Below, piece after piece: positions 1-10,682 of a DNA stretch of 64,000 nt; the stretch's first letter is position 1, and the number at the start of each line of letters is the position of its first letter. The notes under the pieces were generated by a model. It saw only the letters and a program-made list of their open reading frames with translations, made no database searches and was not told the DNA's origin. A program made the translations under genes and the position numbers. Source of the stretch: Prasinococcaceae sp. CCMP 1430 (lineage: Eukaryota; Plantae; Prasinodermophyta). The stretch covers positions 131,018-195,017 of the forward strand of contig RQSC01000006.1 in the NCBI GenBank assembly GCA_013416795.1. Direction: 5' to 3'.

Positions 1-782
1 TCGACCTCGACGTCCTGGCCGTGCGGATCCTCCCCTTCTTCCCCGTGCGCCTGCTCCTGCTCCCGCTCCTGCTCCCGCTCCTGCTCCTGCTCCTCCTCCT
101 GCTCCTGCTCCTGCTCCTGCTCCTCCTCCTGCTCCTGCTCCTGCTCCTGTCCCGTTTCCTGCTCTTCTCGTCGGCCATCATCCCGGTCCTTCAGCCTCGC
201 CGCCGATGGTCTGCCGAGCGCCTCTGCCCTGAGGCGCGCAGCATCCTCTGAGCGCCGCGCGGCTCGCACGCGCGCCGCGCGCGCACGCGCCAGGTGGCCG
301 CGCACGTGCGCATTGATGACGGTGGCCGCGCGCTCGCGCTCGGCGCTGGCATCGTCTCCCCTGCCCGCGCCCTGAGCGCCCTCACCCTGTTGCCTGGTGA
401 CGTTCTCGCCCCCGGCGACGCTGTCCGCAACGTCCTCAGCACCTTGGGGAGCTTGCCCGGTGTCTGCCCTGACCTCGGCGACGCCGCCGTCAGCGTCTTC
501 GCCGCCGCCAGCGTCTCCGCCGCCGCCAGCGTCTCCGCCGCCGCCAGCGTCTTCGCCGCCGTCAGCGTCTCCGCCGCCGCCAGTGTCTCCGCGAGTGTTC
601 CTGCCATCATCGCCGTCGTCATCGGCGTCTGTGCCGGCCGGCACCCCAGCCTCAGCCTCAGGGGCCCCCGGCGCATCCTCGTCCTCTTGTGCGACCCTCG
701 CCACTGCCGGTGGCGGCCCCGCCTCGGAGTCCGCGGAAGCAGCCGCCACCTCGGCTCCGGCGCCGGCGTCCGCGTCTGCCAT
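1..782 (-). CDS. Acidic low-complexity protein with an IQ (calmodulin-binding) motif; runs off the window start
   Basis: Not in the ORF track; translated by hand from ATG at 782: MADADAGAGAEVAAAS...GGGGDA repeats...RAATVINAHVRGHLARARAAR (IQ-like IxxxxRGxxxR)...EQEQEEEQEQERE, open to base 1. Confidence 0.7.
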   Translation of the reverse strand, partial: MADADAGAGAEVAAASADSEAGPPPAVARVAQEDEDAPGAPEAEAGVPAGTDADDDGDDGRNTRGDTGGGGDADGGEDAGGGGDAGGGGDAGGGEDADGGVAEVRADTGQAPQGAEDVADSVAGGENVTRQQGEGAQGAGRGDDASAERERAATVINAHVRGHLARARAARVRAARRSEDAARLRAEALGRPSAARLKDRDDGRREEQETGQEQEQEQEEEQEQEQEQEEEQEQEREQEREQEQAHGEEGEDPHGQDVEV

Positions 783-1287
783 CGGGCGAGCGGACGCGAG
801 CGCTTCCGAGCGCGCGCGCGCGCGCTGCTCTGCGCGCGCGCTCTGCCGTGCCCTGCCCCCCCAGCGGCCGGCCTCGCCTTCCCACGCATCCGCATGCGCG
901 CGCACACGGTGCGCGCGCGGGGAACTGCGTAACCACCGCACCAAAATCCATAGCGCCGATTCTATACATACATCAACATAGCGTACAAATCCCACAATAG
1001 TTACGGATTGCTCTTCTGAAATTGTTGGCATCGGAGCCGCGTGACGTTGGTTGGGTCCCCGCGGCCCTGGCGTCAGCGAAGCAGCGCCTCCCTCGCGTTC
1101 GGTGTGACGCGAGCCACATAAAAAAGCAGGCGATTGCGTTTTTTCTTTTTTCTTTTTCATTTCTTTTCTTCGGGGGAAATTCGAACGGGCGCCGCGCGAG
1201 ACGAGTTCGAGGCGCACCGCGCGGCCAAGGAGGAGGAAATGGGCTCCGGCGGCCGGCAGCGACGCGCGGCGCGCTCCGCGGGACGCG

Positions 1288-3403
1288 ATGTCGGCGTCGC
1301 GCAACCTCGCCATCCGCGAGGCGTTCCGGCAGCACCGCGAGGAGATGCTGCAGGCGATGCGCGCGTGGCGGTGCGTGCGCGCGCTCGCGCACGGCCGGCG
1401 GTGCGACGCCCAGGGCGTGCCCGCGGAAATGGGTGAGGCGGCTGGCGCGTGCCCGCTGGCGATGCTCGATGCGCAGCTGATGTCCAAGGTGGTGGACATG
1501 GCCTATCCGGGCCGCGGCAACCTCGTGGGCGCCTTCGACGCGCGCTCACGCGGCGCGCGCCTCGCGGCGGCGAGGCAGCGCGCAGCAGCGTTCCGCGTGT
1601 GCGTGCGCTGCCGCCCGCTGCTCGCCTTCGAGCTCGAGGCGGGCGAGTTCATGGCGGTGGACGTTGACCGCCGCCGCGCCGAGGTCGCGTGCCATGACTG
1701 CAGGCTGAGCAGGAACGGGCGACGCCTCAACGTCTCCCACCGGCTGTACGCGATGGACAGGGCATGGGGCGCAGCGGCGACGCATGCCGACGTCTACGAG
1801 TCCGTGCGGCCGCTGGTGCAGCGCTCGCTCACTGAGGCGCGCGACAGCGCGACGGTGCTGTGCTACGGCCAGACGGGCACAGGCAAGACATACACTCTGA
1901 ACGGCCTGCTCCAGCACGTCGCCGCCGACTTAACAGCCGAGACGCGCGTGGAGATGAGCTTCGTCGAAGTGCACGGCGCAAAGTGCTACGACCTGCTCGC
2001 AGATCACAAGCTGGTGCATCTACGACAGGGAAGCGACGGACGCGTGCACGCGCGGGGCGCCACCCTCGTCACGGCCGCGGGGGGCGCAGAGCTGCTCGAA
2101 CTGGCGCGCGCGGCGCTCGATGCGCGCGCCTCCGAGTCGACCGAACGCAACGAGGCGTCGAGCAGGTCCCACGCTGTCTGCACGCTCACGATGGTCTGCG
2201 GTCAGGGACAGCACACTACTGAGCAGGCGAATTCGACCCCAGCCCAGGAAAGCGCGGAGATTGGAGCTGGCGAGGAGTCGGCGGGCGCAGAGTCGGCTGC
2301 GCCCACGCCCGCCGCGCCGCCCAGCAGGCCGTGTCTTCGCTTGGTGGACCTCGCCGGCTCGGAGCGCAACTACGAGACGACCAAAATGAGCGCCGCGCAG
2401 CATCGCGAGTCTAGCGACATCAACAAGGCGCTCATGGCGCTCAAGGATTGCTTTCGGGCCCACGCCGCCGGCGTGGCAGCAGCGGCGTGCGGAGGCGAGC
2501 CGCCCCGCGTGCCCTTCCGCGCGCACCGTCTCACGCAGATGCTCAAGGACTGTTTCGTCGATGGCACACACCGCACGCTCGTCATTGCCACGGCCTCGCC
2601 CTCGCCCACCGATCTGATGCACACGATGAACACGCTGGACCACGTTGCGCTGATGGCCGCGCCTCTGGAGCTCTTGGTGGACACGGTCACCTGCGAGCTG
2701 GTGCTGGGGGCGGCGCAAATGGCAGGCGACGCGGACCCCCTCGAGGAGTTCAACGCGGTGCCCGTGCAGAAGTGGGACAGCGAGACGACCGCGCGCTGGG
2801 TGGCCACCATTGAAGACGGCCGCTTCAAGGACTTCGTGCTCCCGCCCGGAACTAAGGTGCGTCCTCGCCGAAGCAGCTGGGCCTTGGCGTGCGCGTCTGT
2901 GTGCGCCTGCGGCTGACCGCTCGCACACCTCGCAGGGGGTTGACCTCCTCCGCCTGAGCGCTGAGAGGCTGTCGAACCTGTGGGTGAACCCGGATGTGCG
3001 GCACGGTGGCGGGGTGGGCGAGGGTCCCGCGTGGACGCTCGGGGCCGATAGCGAGGACGATGAGCACGCCGCAGAAGCTGTCGATGGCGTGGGGGTGGCT
3101 GGCGGCGAGCATGACGGCGATGCCGTGCGCGTCCGCCGCAAGCGCGATGTGGGTCGGGCGCTCTTCGCCGCCCTGCGCAAGCAGATCCGGCGAGGTGCCG
3201 CTGCCGAGGCCAAGCGCCGCTGGGCGAAGCAGAGCCGCGACGTCGACGTCGAGCGCGCCGCGAGCCTCGCGCGTGAGGCGTGCGCCCCGTCCGTGCAGCG
3301 CACCGTCGGCGGCCGGCAGGTCGTCTTCTGGTCTGACGGCTTCTCCGCTGAGGACGCCGACGACGTCGCCGAGCGCGCCCAGTCCCTCCTCCTCGACGGC
3401 TGA
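1288..3403 (+). CDS. Kinesin motor protein (kinesin-13 / diatom spindle kinesin-like) with a C-terminal SAM-like region; exons 1288-2856 and 2936-3403
   Basis: VCVRCRP, P-loop YGQTGTGKTYT, switch I SSRSHAV, switch II LVDLAGSER, VPFR..RLTQMLKD. GTGCGT...GCTGAC...CGCAG intron 2857-2935 joins in frame. The subfamily is inference. Confidence 0.9.
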
Positions 3404-3531
3404 GCGCCACGCTGAGCGCCACGAGCGCGACGCTCGCGCCGCGCCTCACCCACCACCACCACCACCACCACCACGACCGCCGCTACGCTCCGCTCCGCCC
3501 CTGCCCTCGAGGCCCACACCCCACCCAGAGT

Positions 3532-3562
<31 letters not shown>

Positions 3563-4194
3563 GGGGGGGGGGGACGCGGTCGGTTCCCCAGGTGGCACGT
3601 GCACCATTTTTCTATTTAAATACGTGGTGATCTCCCGTTGTTGATTATGATGTATTTGTAAATTATATATTGATGCGTGTGTGGGCTGACGCAGCATGCG
3701 CGTGCGAATTGCGTTCACTTTGACGAGCGCGCGGCACGCACTTTTTAATTTTTATTCTAAATTTTCAAAAAAAAAATAGAACGAAGTCTCGCAGCGATGA
3801 AAAAGTTTTGCACCTGTGACCTCATATCAAAATGAACTACAGAGAAGAAAAGGCGAGTTTTATTTTTTTGTCCCCTTTTTTTCGCGCGCCGCGCTCGGAA
3901 GCGCGCGCGCGAAAGCGGCGATTCGAACGCAAAAACGGCGCCGCGCGCCCGAATCGCGTTCCGCGAAACTCCGATCCGTGGAGCCCCGCGGTGCGCGGCG
4001 GGCGTGCGGAATCGCGGAAGGCGTCCCGCGAAATGCGGATGCGATGCCCGCGCGTCGCCCCAGCGGGGCTCGCCGGGACTCGGCGGCGACGCCCGCGCGC
4101 ATGGCGCGCCACGAGGACGGGATCCTCCGCGATCCTCCTCTCCCTCGCGCGCGCGGCGGGCGAGGAGCCGCTCCGCTCCGACGCTTGCTTGAAG

Positions 4195-4341
4195 CTCCTT
4201 GCCGCTCGCTAGCTCGAGCATGCCGCCGGTCCTGCTCCTGCCGGTCCTGCGCGCGCATGCGCAGACTCCTTGCCGCTCGCTGCAGCTCGTCGAGCACGCC
4301 GCCGCTCCTGCTCCTGCCGGTCCTGCGCACGCGTGCGCAGA
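4195..4341. repeat. Imperfect 2-copy tandem repeat, period about 71 bp
   Basis: ctccttgccgctcgct...ctgctcctgccggtcctgcgc..gcgcagac at 4195 and 4266. Confidence 0.75.
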
Positions 4342-4587
4342 CGCCCGCGCGCGCGCGCGCGCGCGCGCGCGGCGGTTGACGCCCGGGGAACCACACCTTT
4401 TGTACCCGCGAACATTCGGAATCCATTCAGAACGCAATCCATGATGGAATGTATGTAATGTAATGGGATTTGTACGGATTTGGATACGTTTGGGTTCCGT
4501 TTATTTGAGCCGCAAGAACGCGCGCGCGCGCGCGCGGGCCTGCGCGCGCGACAGAGGGGGCTTGCGGGGGGTTGCGCGCGCGGCCAG

Positions 4588-4630
<43 letters not shown>

Positions 4631-4732
4631 GGGTGGGTCGCGCGGTGCGCACCACACGCAGTACATCACACACCGCCGGCCGTCCTTCCCTCCCCTTCCC
4701 CCCCCTGCACTTCTCTCCCACCACAGGCGACC

Positions 4733-5303
4733 ATGCCGGCCACCACTGTTATCGACTACGCCGCGGGCGGCGAGAAGCGCTTCGACAAGGCCGTCGTGAA
4801 CAGCGTCAACGCCGCGGACGGCTTCACGACCATGCAGATTACGATGAAGCCCGGCTTCGACTGGCAGGCTGAGATCTCCCCGAAGCTGCCGGGCTGCCCC
4901 AAGTGGTGCCCGGCGACGCACTTTGGATTCCTCAAGGTTCGTCCCTCGCACGCGCACGCGCACGCACACACGCGCGCATGCGCATGCATGCGGTTCGAAC
5001 GCGCACATCCATGCACACGCGCGTTCGCTCACGCACGCACGCACGCACCCGCGCGCGCGCACGCGCCCACACGCGCGCGCGCACAAACGCACGCATGTGC
5101 GTACGTCTGCGCCTCTCGCGTCCATGCGTGCGCAGTCCGGCACGATGAAGGTCAAGTACGAGGATGGCAGCGAGGCCACAGTTCACGCCGGCGAGTCGTA
5201 CATGATCCAGCCGGGCCACCTGCCCGTCGTCGAGGGCGAGGAGGACGCGGTCATGGTCGAGTTCTGTCAGGCAACCAAGAAGGTCCTCGACAAGATGGAG
5301 TAG
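4733..5303 (+). CDS. Small cupin-domain protein; exons 4733-4936 and 5136-5303
   Basis: Spliced product MPATTVIDY...MKPGFDW...CPATHFGFLK|SGTMKVKYEDGSEATVHAGESYMIQPGHLPVVEGEEDAVMVEF carries cupin motifs 1 and 2. Phase-0 GT-AG intron. Confidence 0.85.
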
Positions 5304-5652
5304 GACGCCGCCACGGCCGAGCTCTCGCTGGCGAACGAGTCTGTCCTCGACGAGGCGGAGTGTGCACCTGAGCATACTGTACACGGACGCAAACCCGCGC
5401 GGTGAGCGCGCTACTGTACGCCGCACCACAGACCACGCTGCCCGGGACTGTGCGTTGCGCGCGCTCCCACCCACTACTGTAAGCACTTCTTTACCAGCGA
5501 GATGGGGCGTTCGCGCGCGTTGTGGCGCACCCACGCGCGCACGAGAGAGGTCGAGAGGGAGGGAGGGAGGGAGGAAGGTTTGGAGGGATGGAGAGAGCGC
5601 CCGCACCGACGCGCGCGCCCGCGCGCCCCGCGCTTAGGCGCCCCGCGGGCGN

Positions 5653-6189
5653 TGGTGTGGTGGTTGCCAAGGAACGCCCAGACCTAGAGGCTTCGAAGAA
5701 CGAGCTGGTAGTGCAGGGCGCGACCAACGCGCGCAAGCTGAAGGAGATTGAAGACAAGATTCTGCACGTGCTGTCTTCGTCGGAGGGCAATATTCTGGAG
5801 GACGAGACGGCCATCTCCATCATCACGGAAGCAAAGTCGCTTGGCAACGAGATTGCCGAGAAGCAGGTGCTGGCCGAGCAGACCGAGAAGGAGATCGACG
5901 CCGCGCGACAGAACTACGCGCCATGCGGCAAGTACACGGCTGTGCTTTTCTTCGCAATTTCGGATTTGGCCAACATCGAGCCCATGTACCAGTATTCGCT
6001 GCCATGGTTCGTCAACCTTTTCGTCGGCTCCATCGCGGCCGCCGAGATGTCCGACGACGTGGGCCAACGCCTTGATCACGTGAACGACCACTTCACGTAT
6101 GCCCTCTACGTCAACGTGTGCCGCTCGTTGTTTGAGAAGGACAAGCTCATGTTCGCGTTCCTGCTGTGCTCGCGCATCCTGGGCGCCGA
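5653..6189 (+). CDS. Axonemal dynein heavy chain internal fragment (chimeric contig piece)
   Basis: VVAKERPDLE...LKEIEDKILHVLSSSEGNILEDE...LFFAISDLANIEPMYQYSLPWFVNLF...VCRSLFEKDKLMFAFLL is the conserved dynein region after the stalk. It starts at a single N (5652). Confidence 0.9.
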
Positions 6190-6853
6190 GGGGGCGGCGC
6201 GCTACGACCTGTACGCCATCCTGGGCATCGATGCGTCGGCGAGCTCGAGGGAGATAAAGCTCGCGTTCCGCGCGCGCGCCTTCGAGCTGCACCCCGACAT
6301 GAACGGCGCTTCTGGTGCCGCTGATGCGCACGGTGACGCCGAGGGGGGGACGGGACACGCGCACAGCAGCGCCTTTTCCGACGCGATGGCGGCGGCGAAC
6401 GCGGCATACGCGGTGCTGAGCGACGTCGAGGCGCGCGCAGTGTACGACGCCGCGCACGCCTCCTTCGGCTCCGACTCGCTCTTCGGCGGGTACGACGGGC
6501 GCCCGCTGTCCGCCACGCTGCGCCCCAACGCGGAGCGCGCGCTCTTCATCGACGAGAACGCCTGCATAGGATGCATGGCGTGCGTGCACGAGGCGCCGCA
6601 CACCATCGCGATTGAGGACGAGCGCGGGCGCGCGCGCGTGGGCACGCAACACGCCGACTCGGAGGACGCACTGGAGTCCGCGAGGCTGGTCTGCCCCACC
6701 TCCGCGGTGCATTGGGTGGCATCCGACGCCCTGGCCCTGCTTGAGTGGGTCCACCGCTCGCAGCCGCGCTCGAACTTCGTTTTCCTCAGAGAGGGCAGCG
6801 GCACGGGGGGACTGCGAGGCTGCGAGGAGGACCCCTTCGTGGCGGCCAGGTGA
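6190..6853 (+). CDS. Plastid J-domain/ferredoxin protein (CDJ3-5 / DJC76-like); 5' end missing, probably continues to 7331
   Basis: DLYAILGI...IKLAFR...LHPD J-domain, then FIDENACIGCMACVHEAP...CPTSAVHW 4Fe-4S ferredoxin motif. Confidence 0.88.
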
Positions 6854-7503
6854 GGGGCTCGGCCGCGCGCGCGCGCGCGCGCGCGCGCGCGCCCTCGCTC
6901 GAGCGCTGGCGGCAGGCCCTGACGGCGCCTCTTACACCTGCGACTCTCTGTTTCGCACACGGCGCTCCGTGGCGCGCGTTGCGATGCGCCTGCGCGACGC
7001 TGCCAGGCTGCTCGAGCGCCGCGCGATGGAGGCCGTCCAGGAGACGATGGCCGGCTATGGGGGGATGGTCGGTGCAAAGGGCATTGGCCGAGCAAACGCA
7101 GAGGGCCCCGCGAATGGCGGCGGTCGTCACGACGGAGAGCTCGGCGGCACGGTGCGCCGCCGCCGCCGCGCTGGTGCCTGGTGGCGCGGCGGGGGCAGGC
7201 GGCTCTCACACAGTGAGCTGGAATGGGCGCTCGTCGGGCAGGCGTGTCCGTGGCGCTCGCCGGGCGCGGTCATGCTGCTCCCCCCGCCACAACATCGCGC
7301 GCCGCCGCGAGCGGATGCCGCCGCCGTGTAGTCTCCACCGCGAGTGCTGAGAGTAACGACATCGCTGCGTGTACCGGCATTACCACGGGCAGCTCGCCAG
7401 CTAGTACTGATGCTCTTGCGCGAGGGCGAGGGGTTCGAGGCGTTGCACGTGCGCGGCCACCAGCTCCTCTCGATGCTGCCCGTTGTCTCCATGAGGCTCC
7501 ACC

Positions 7504-8127
7504 TCATGCACAGTCGCCACCTATGTGCGCCGACGGAGCCGACGGGTCAGCTCGCGCAGCGCCCGGGTACGTCTGGAGGACGGCCGCCGCGGAGGCCGAG
7601 TAGCGGAGCCACGCGCCGCCCGCGCCGTCGGCGTCGCGGCTCGCGAGCTCGAAGCCCCGCCGCGCGAGCAGCGCGCGCATCGGCGCATTGGCCTCGCGCG
7701 TGCGCGCCGCGAGGCGAAAGACGCCACGCGCAGCGTGCGCGCCTGTCGCGACGACCTCCGCGCACACGCGCAGCGCGTCGTCCGCCAGCCCCCGTCTGCG
7801 GTGCGCGGCCGCTATTATACACCCCCACTCGGCCTCGCCGGCGGCGGGCGCGAACGCGTGGAAGCCCGACAGACCCACGAGCTCGCCCGTTCGCGGGTCG
7901 ACCACGTCGAGGAACGCGCTCTCGCCCGAGGCCAGCTCGGCACGCTGCCGCGCCCGCCGCGCGTCGTGCTCCGCTCGTGGCAGCGCGTGCAGCTCGGCGG
8001 CGTGCGGCAGCGCCGTCGCGGGGTCCTCGTAGAGCGCGTAGGCCGCGGCGTCGCGCGAGACCGTAGGGTACAGGTACAGGGCGAGCTCCGTGCGACGCAC
8101 GACGACGTCGTCGCTGGCCGGCGGCAT
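7504..8127 (-). CDS. GNAT acetyltransferase (RimJ/RimL-like)
   Basis: ATG at 8127; GELVGLSGF...AEWGCIIAAAHRRRGLA...TREANAPMRALLARRGF. Confidence 0.85.
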   Translation of the reverse strand: MPPASDDVVVRRTELALYLYPTVSRDAAAYALYEDPATALPHAAELHALPRAEHDARRARQRAELASGESAFLDVVDPRTGELVGLSGFHAFAPAAGEAEWGCIIAAAHRRRGLADDALRVCAEVVATGAHAARGVFRLAARTREANAPMRALLARRGFELASRDADGAGGAWLRYSASAAAVLQTYPGAARADPSAPSAHIGGDCA

Positions 8128-8453
8128 CGCCCGCGCCGGGCGCGGGCACTGTGGCGCGGGGGCAAGGCGCTCGGCTGCGGGGGGCGTCCCGGATCTGCCG
8201 CGGGCCGACCAGCGCTCTGCAGCGGAGAACTGCCTACGCGCAGGCGCGCGCGCACTCGCGCGTGCTCGAGCTTGCGCCTGAGTGTATCTGGTCGGCGCTA
8301 CACAGGGGCACAACCTGCCCTCGAGCGCGCACGCGATGCCGCTGCTACCTCGTGCGGTGAGACACATGTACTGTACATACACTGATTCGCGAATGCGGAC
8401 CCTGGGCACTGGCGCAGCGCAGCGGTGCGGCGCGCGCCGCCGCCGCGGGTCCA

Positions 8454-9230
8454 TCACAGCAGCAGCTGCAGCAGGATGCGCTCGTGCGGGTCGTAGTTGG
8501 CGGCGTCCGCTGCGTCCGAGCGGCCCGCCCACCCGCGCTCGGCGTCGACGGGCTCGAAGCCCGCCCTGCGATACAGCTCGGCAGCGCCCGAATTGCTGCG
8601 GGCGACGTGCGCGACTATGCGCTGGGCCCCGTCCCACTTCGCAACCGCCTCGACCGCGGCGTCGACGAGCGCGGTGGCAACTCCCCGCCTACGCGCGCTC
8701 TCCGCGACACACACGTTCTCCATGTAGCACACGCCGCCCGCGCTCAGCAGCCCTTTTGCTTGCGGGTCGCCGCTGAGGTCGGCCGCGGACTGGCCGTCCA
8801 AGATGTCGAGCGTGCCGACAACAGCGTTCGTGTCAGGGTCGAGGGCGATGAGGCACTCCGCCTGGAAGGCCGGCGGCGTCGGCGATGTGGACGCATTGTT
8901 CATGATGAGCGACAGCCAGCCCCTCTTTTCTCCGCCACTGCCGGCGTCCTCGCCCTCGCCCTCGCCTGCACCGCTGCCCGCGCCCTCCGCCCGCCTCGCC
9001 AGCAGCGTCTCGTTCGCCTTGGCTCTTGCGACCATCTGTGCGAGCTCTGCCTCCGCGTGCTGTCTCTTGTACGTCTCTGCGTAGCGCCCACCCCCACCGT
9101 TCTCGTAGTATGCCTCGGCGCGCAGGGCCGCCGCGGCCTCCAGCAGGGGCAGGTCGTCGCCGCCGGCCGCCGCGCGGCGCACGGCCCACGCGCTCCCGCG
9201 CGCCGCAACGGGGCCGGGGCGAGCGAGCGC
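8454..9230 (-). CDS. GNAT acetyltransferase; start not resolved
   Basis: VVGTLDI...CYMENVCVAESARRRGVATALV...HVARSNSGAAELYRRAGF. No in-frame ATG at the apparent 5' end. Confidence 0.85.
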   Translation of the reverse strand, partial: ALARPGPVAARGSAWAVRRAAAGGDDLPLLEAAAALRAEAYYENGGGGRYAETYKRQHAEAELAQMVARAKANETLLARRAEGAGSGAGEGEGEDAGSGGEKRGWLSLIMNNASTSPTPPAFQAECLIALDPDTNAVVGTLDILDGQSAADLSGDPQAKGLLSAGGVCYMENVCVAESARRRGVATALVDAAVEAVAKWDGAQRIVAHVARSNSGAAELYRRAGFEPVDAERGWAGRSDAADAANYDPHERILLQLLL

Positions 9231-9270
9231 ATGCGCGCGCGGGCGGGCGTGGCGACACACCCTACAGTAG

Positions 9271-9497
9271 AATGAAACCCCCAAACACAAACCTTCACGC
9301 TTGGGCGGGCGACCGGCGCGACACCCCCGAAACCGACCCGGAAACGGGGGGGACGGACGGCGAGCCGAGCGCAACCGCGCGGCTCGCCCCCCTCCAATGA
9401 ATACCCCAAACACAAACCTTCACGCATGGGCGGGCGACCGGCGCGACACCCCCGAAACCGACCCGGAAACGGGGGGGACGGACGGCGAGCCGAGCGC
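9271..9497. repeat. 2-copy tandem repeat, period 125 bp, between divergent genes
   Basis: aatgaa..ccccaaacacaaaccttcacgc.tgggcgggcgaccggcgcgacacccccgaaaccgacccggaaacgggggggacggacggcgagccgagcgc at 9271 and 9396. Confidence 0.92.
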
Positions 9498-9648
9498 GGC
9501 CGCGCGGCGCGGGCGATCCCGGGTGGAATCCTGCGCCGCGTCAGCCCTGACGACTCGGAGGGCCCAACCCGAATGGCATCCATCGCGCGTTCGATCTGAT
9601 ACCAATGATCGCCCGTGGGTATTACAAACGTATAATTACATGTTGTGA

Positions 9649-10635
9649 TTCGGGCGGCCCGCTGCGGGCGCCGGCGCGCCGCGCGGCGTGGTGCACTTCG
9701 TAGGGGGCGCCGCAGTCGGAGCTTCGCCACAGCTCGTGTACGCGCTGCTACTCGAGGAGCTCTCAGCGGCGGGGTTCGCGGTGGTCGCCACGCCGTACGA
9801 CCTCACCTTCCGCCACGCCGAGTGCGCCGGGCGTGTCGCCGCGGCGCTGCCGCCCGCGATCGGCGCGCTCAGCGAGCTCTCCGCAGGCGGAATCGCGGCA
9901 GACACGCCCGTATTCGGCGTCGGCCATAGCAACGGCGCGCTTCTGCAGCTGCTGATGGGCGCGACCGCCGAGGCCGGCGGGCGCGAGCCGTACGACGCCG
10001 TGGTGCTCATGTCCTTCAACAACCGCCAGGTGGCGGATGCCATCCCGGTGCTCCCCGAGGGCGTGCTGCCGCCGGAGGTCGCCTCAACGCTCGCGGCCGC
10101 TCGCGGCACGCCCCTCGAGGGCGTGTTTGCCGCGTTCGCGGAATCCGCGCGCGGCTCGCTGCCGCCTCCGCTCGCGCCGCTCGGCGAGGCTGCGGCGCCA
10201 GCGCTCGCGCAGTTCGATTCGCTCGCGGGCGAGCTCGCCGATGGGGCGGACGATTTCGTGCCTGTGCCGCAGGAGTCGCGGCGCATCATCGAGGAGGGAT
10301 ACGCCGTTGAGGACACGCTGGTGGTGTCCTTCAAGGACGACAACCTCGACGACTCGGAGAGCATCATGGGCGCGCTTCGCGCGCGGGGCGGGCGCGTGCG
10401 TGCGCTCACGCTCCCAGGATGGCATGGCGCGCCATGCGCGCCGGGAGGCGCGGGCGCAGGCACGAGCGCGCCGGACGCTTCTCTCGCCGCTGCGCACACC
10501 ACCGCCTTCCTCGCGGACGCAGCGCTGCGGATCGCCAGGAAACGCGACTCCGCTGCCTCCACAGAAGACGACGACGCTGTCGCTGCTGACGATGCGACCA
10601 CCGACGAAGATGTTCCCGACGCCCCTGAGCAGTAG
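9649..10635 (+). CDS. DUF1350-family alpha/beta hydrolase; N-terminus missing
   Basis: PRGVVHFVGGA.VGASPQLVY..LLE.L...GF.VVATPY, nucleophile elbow GVGHSNGA, LMSFNN, TLVVSFKDDNLD. Confidence 0.85.
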   Translation, partial: FGRPAAGAGAPRGVVHFVGGAAVGASPQLVYALLLEELSAAGFAVVATPYDLTFRHAECAGRVAAALPPAIGALSELSAGGIAADTPVFGVGHSNGALLQLLMGATAEAGGREPYDAVVLMSFNNRQVADAIPVLPEGVLPPEVASTLAAARGTPLEGVFAAFAESARGSLPPPLAPLGEAAAPALAQFDSLAGELADGADDFVPVPQESRRIIEEGYAVEDTLVVSFKDDNLDDSESIMGALRARGGRVRALTLPGWHGAPCAPGGAGAGTSAPDASLAAAHTTAFLADAALRIARKRDSAASTEDDDAVAADDATTDEDVPDAPEQ

Positions 10636-10682
10636 GCAGCGCCTGGCACCCTTGAGTCGTGTTATGTGTGTATTTTATTTAT

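Noticed and set aside
21-251. Poly-Leu ORF resembling a signal or TM peptide
   Set aside because: Antisense shadow of the Glu/Gln repeat in the minus-strand IQ protein.
5522-6853. Novel dynein-DnaJ-ferredoxin fusion protein
   Set aside because: Starts at an N join, uses an arbitrary internal dynein slice, and is one of many similar chimeras in the window.
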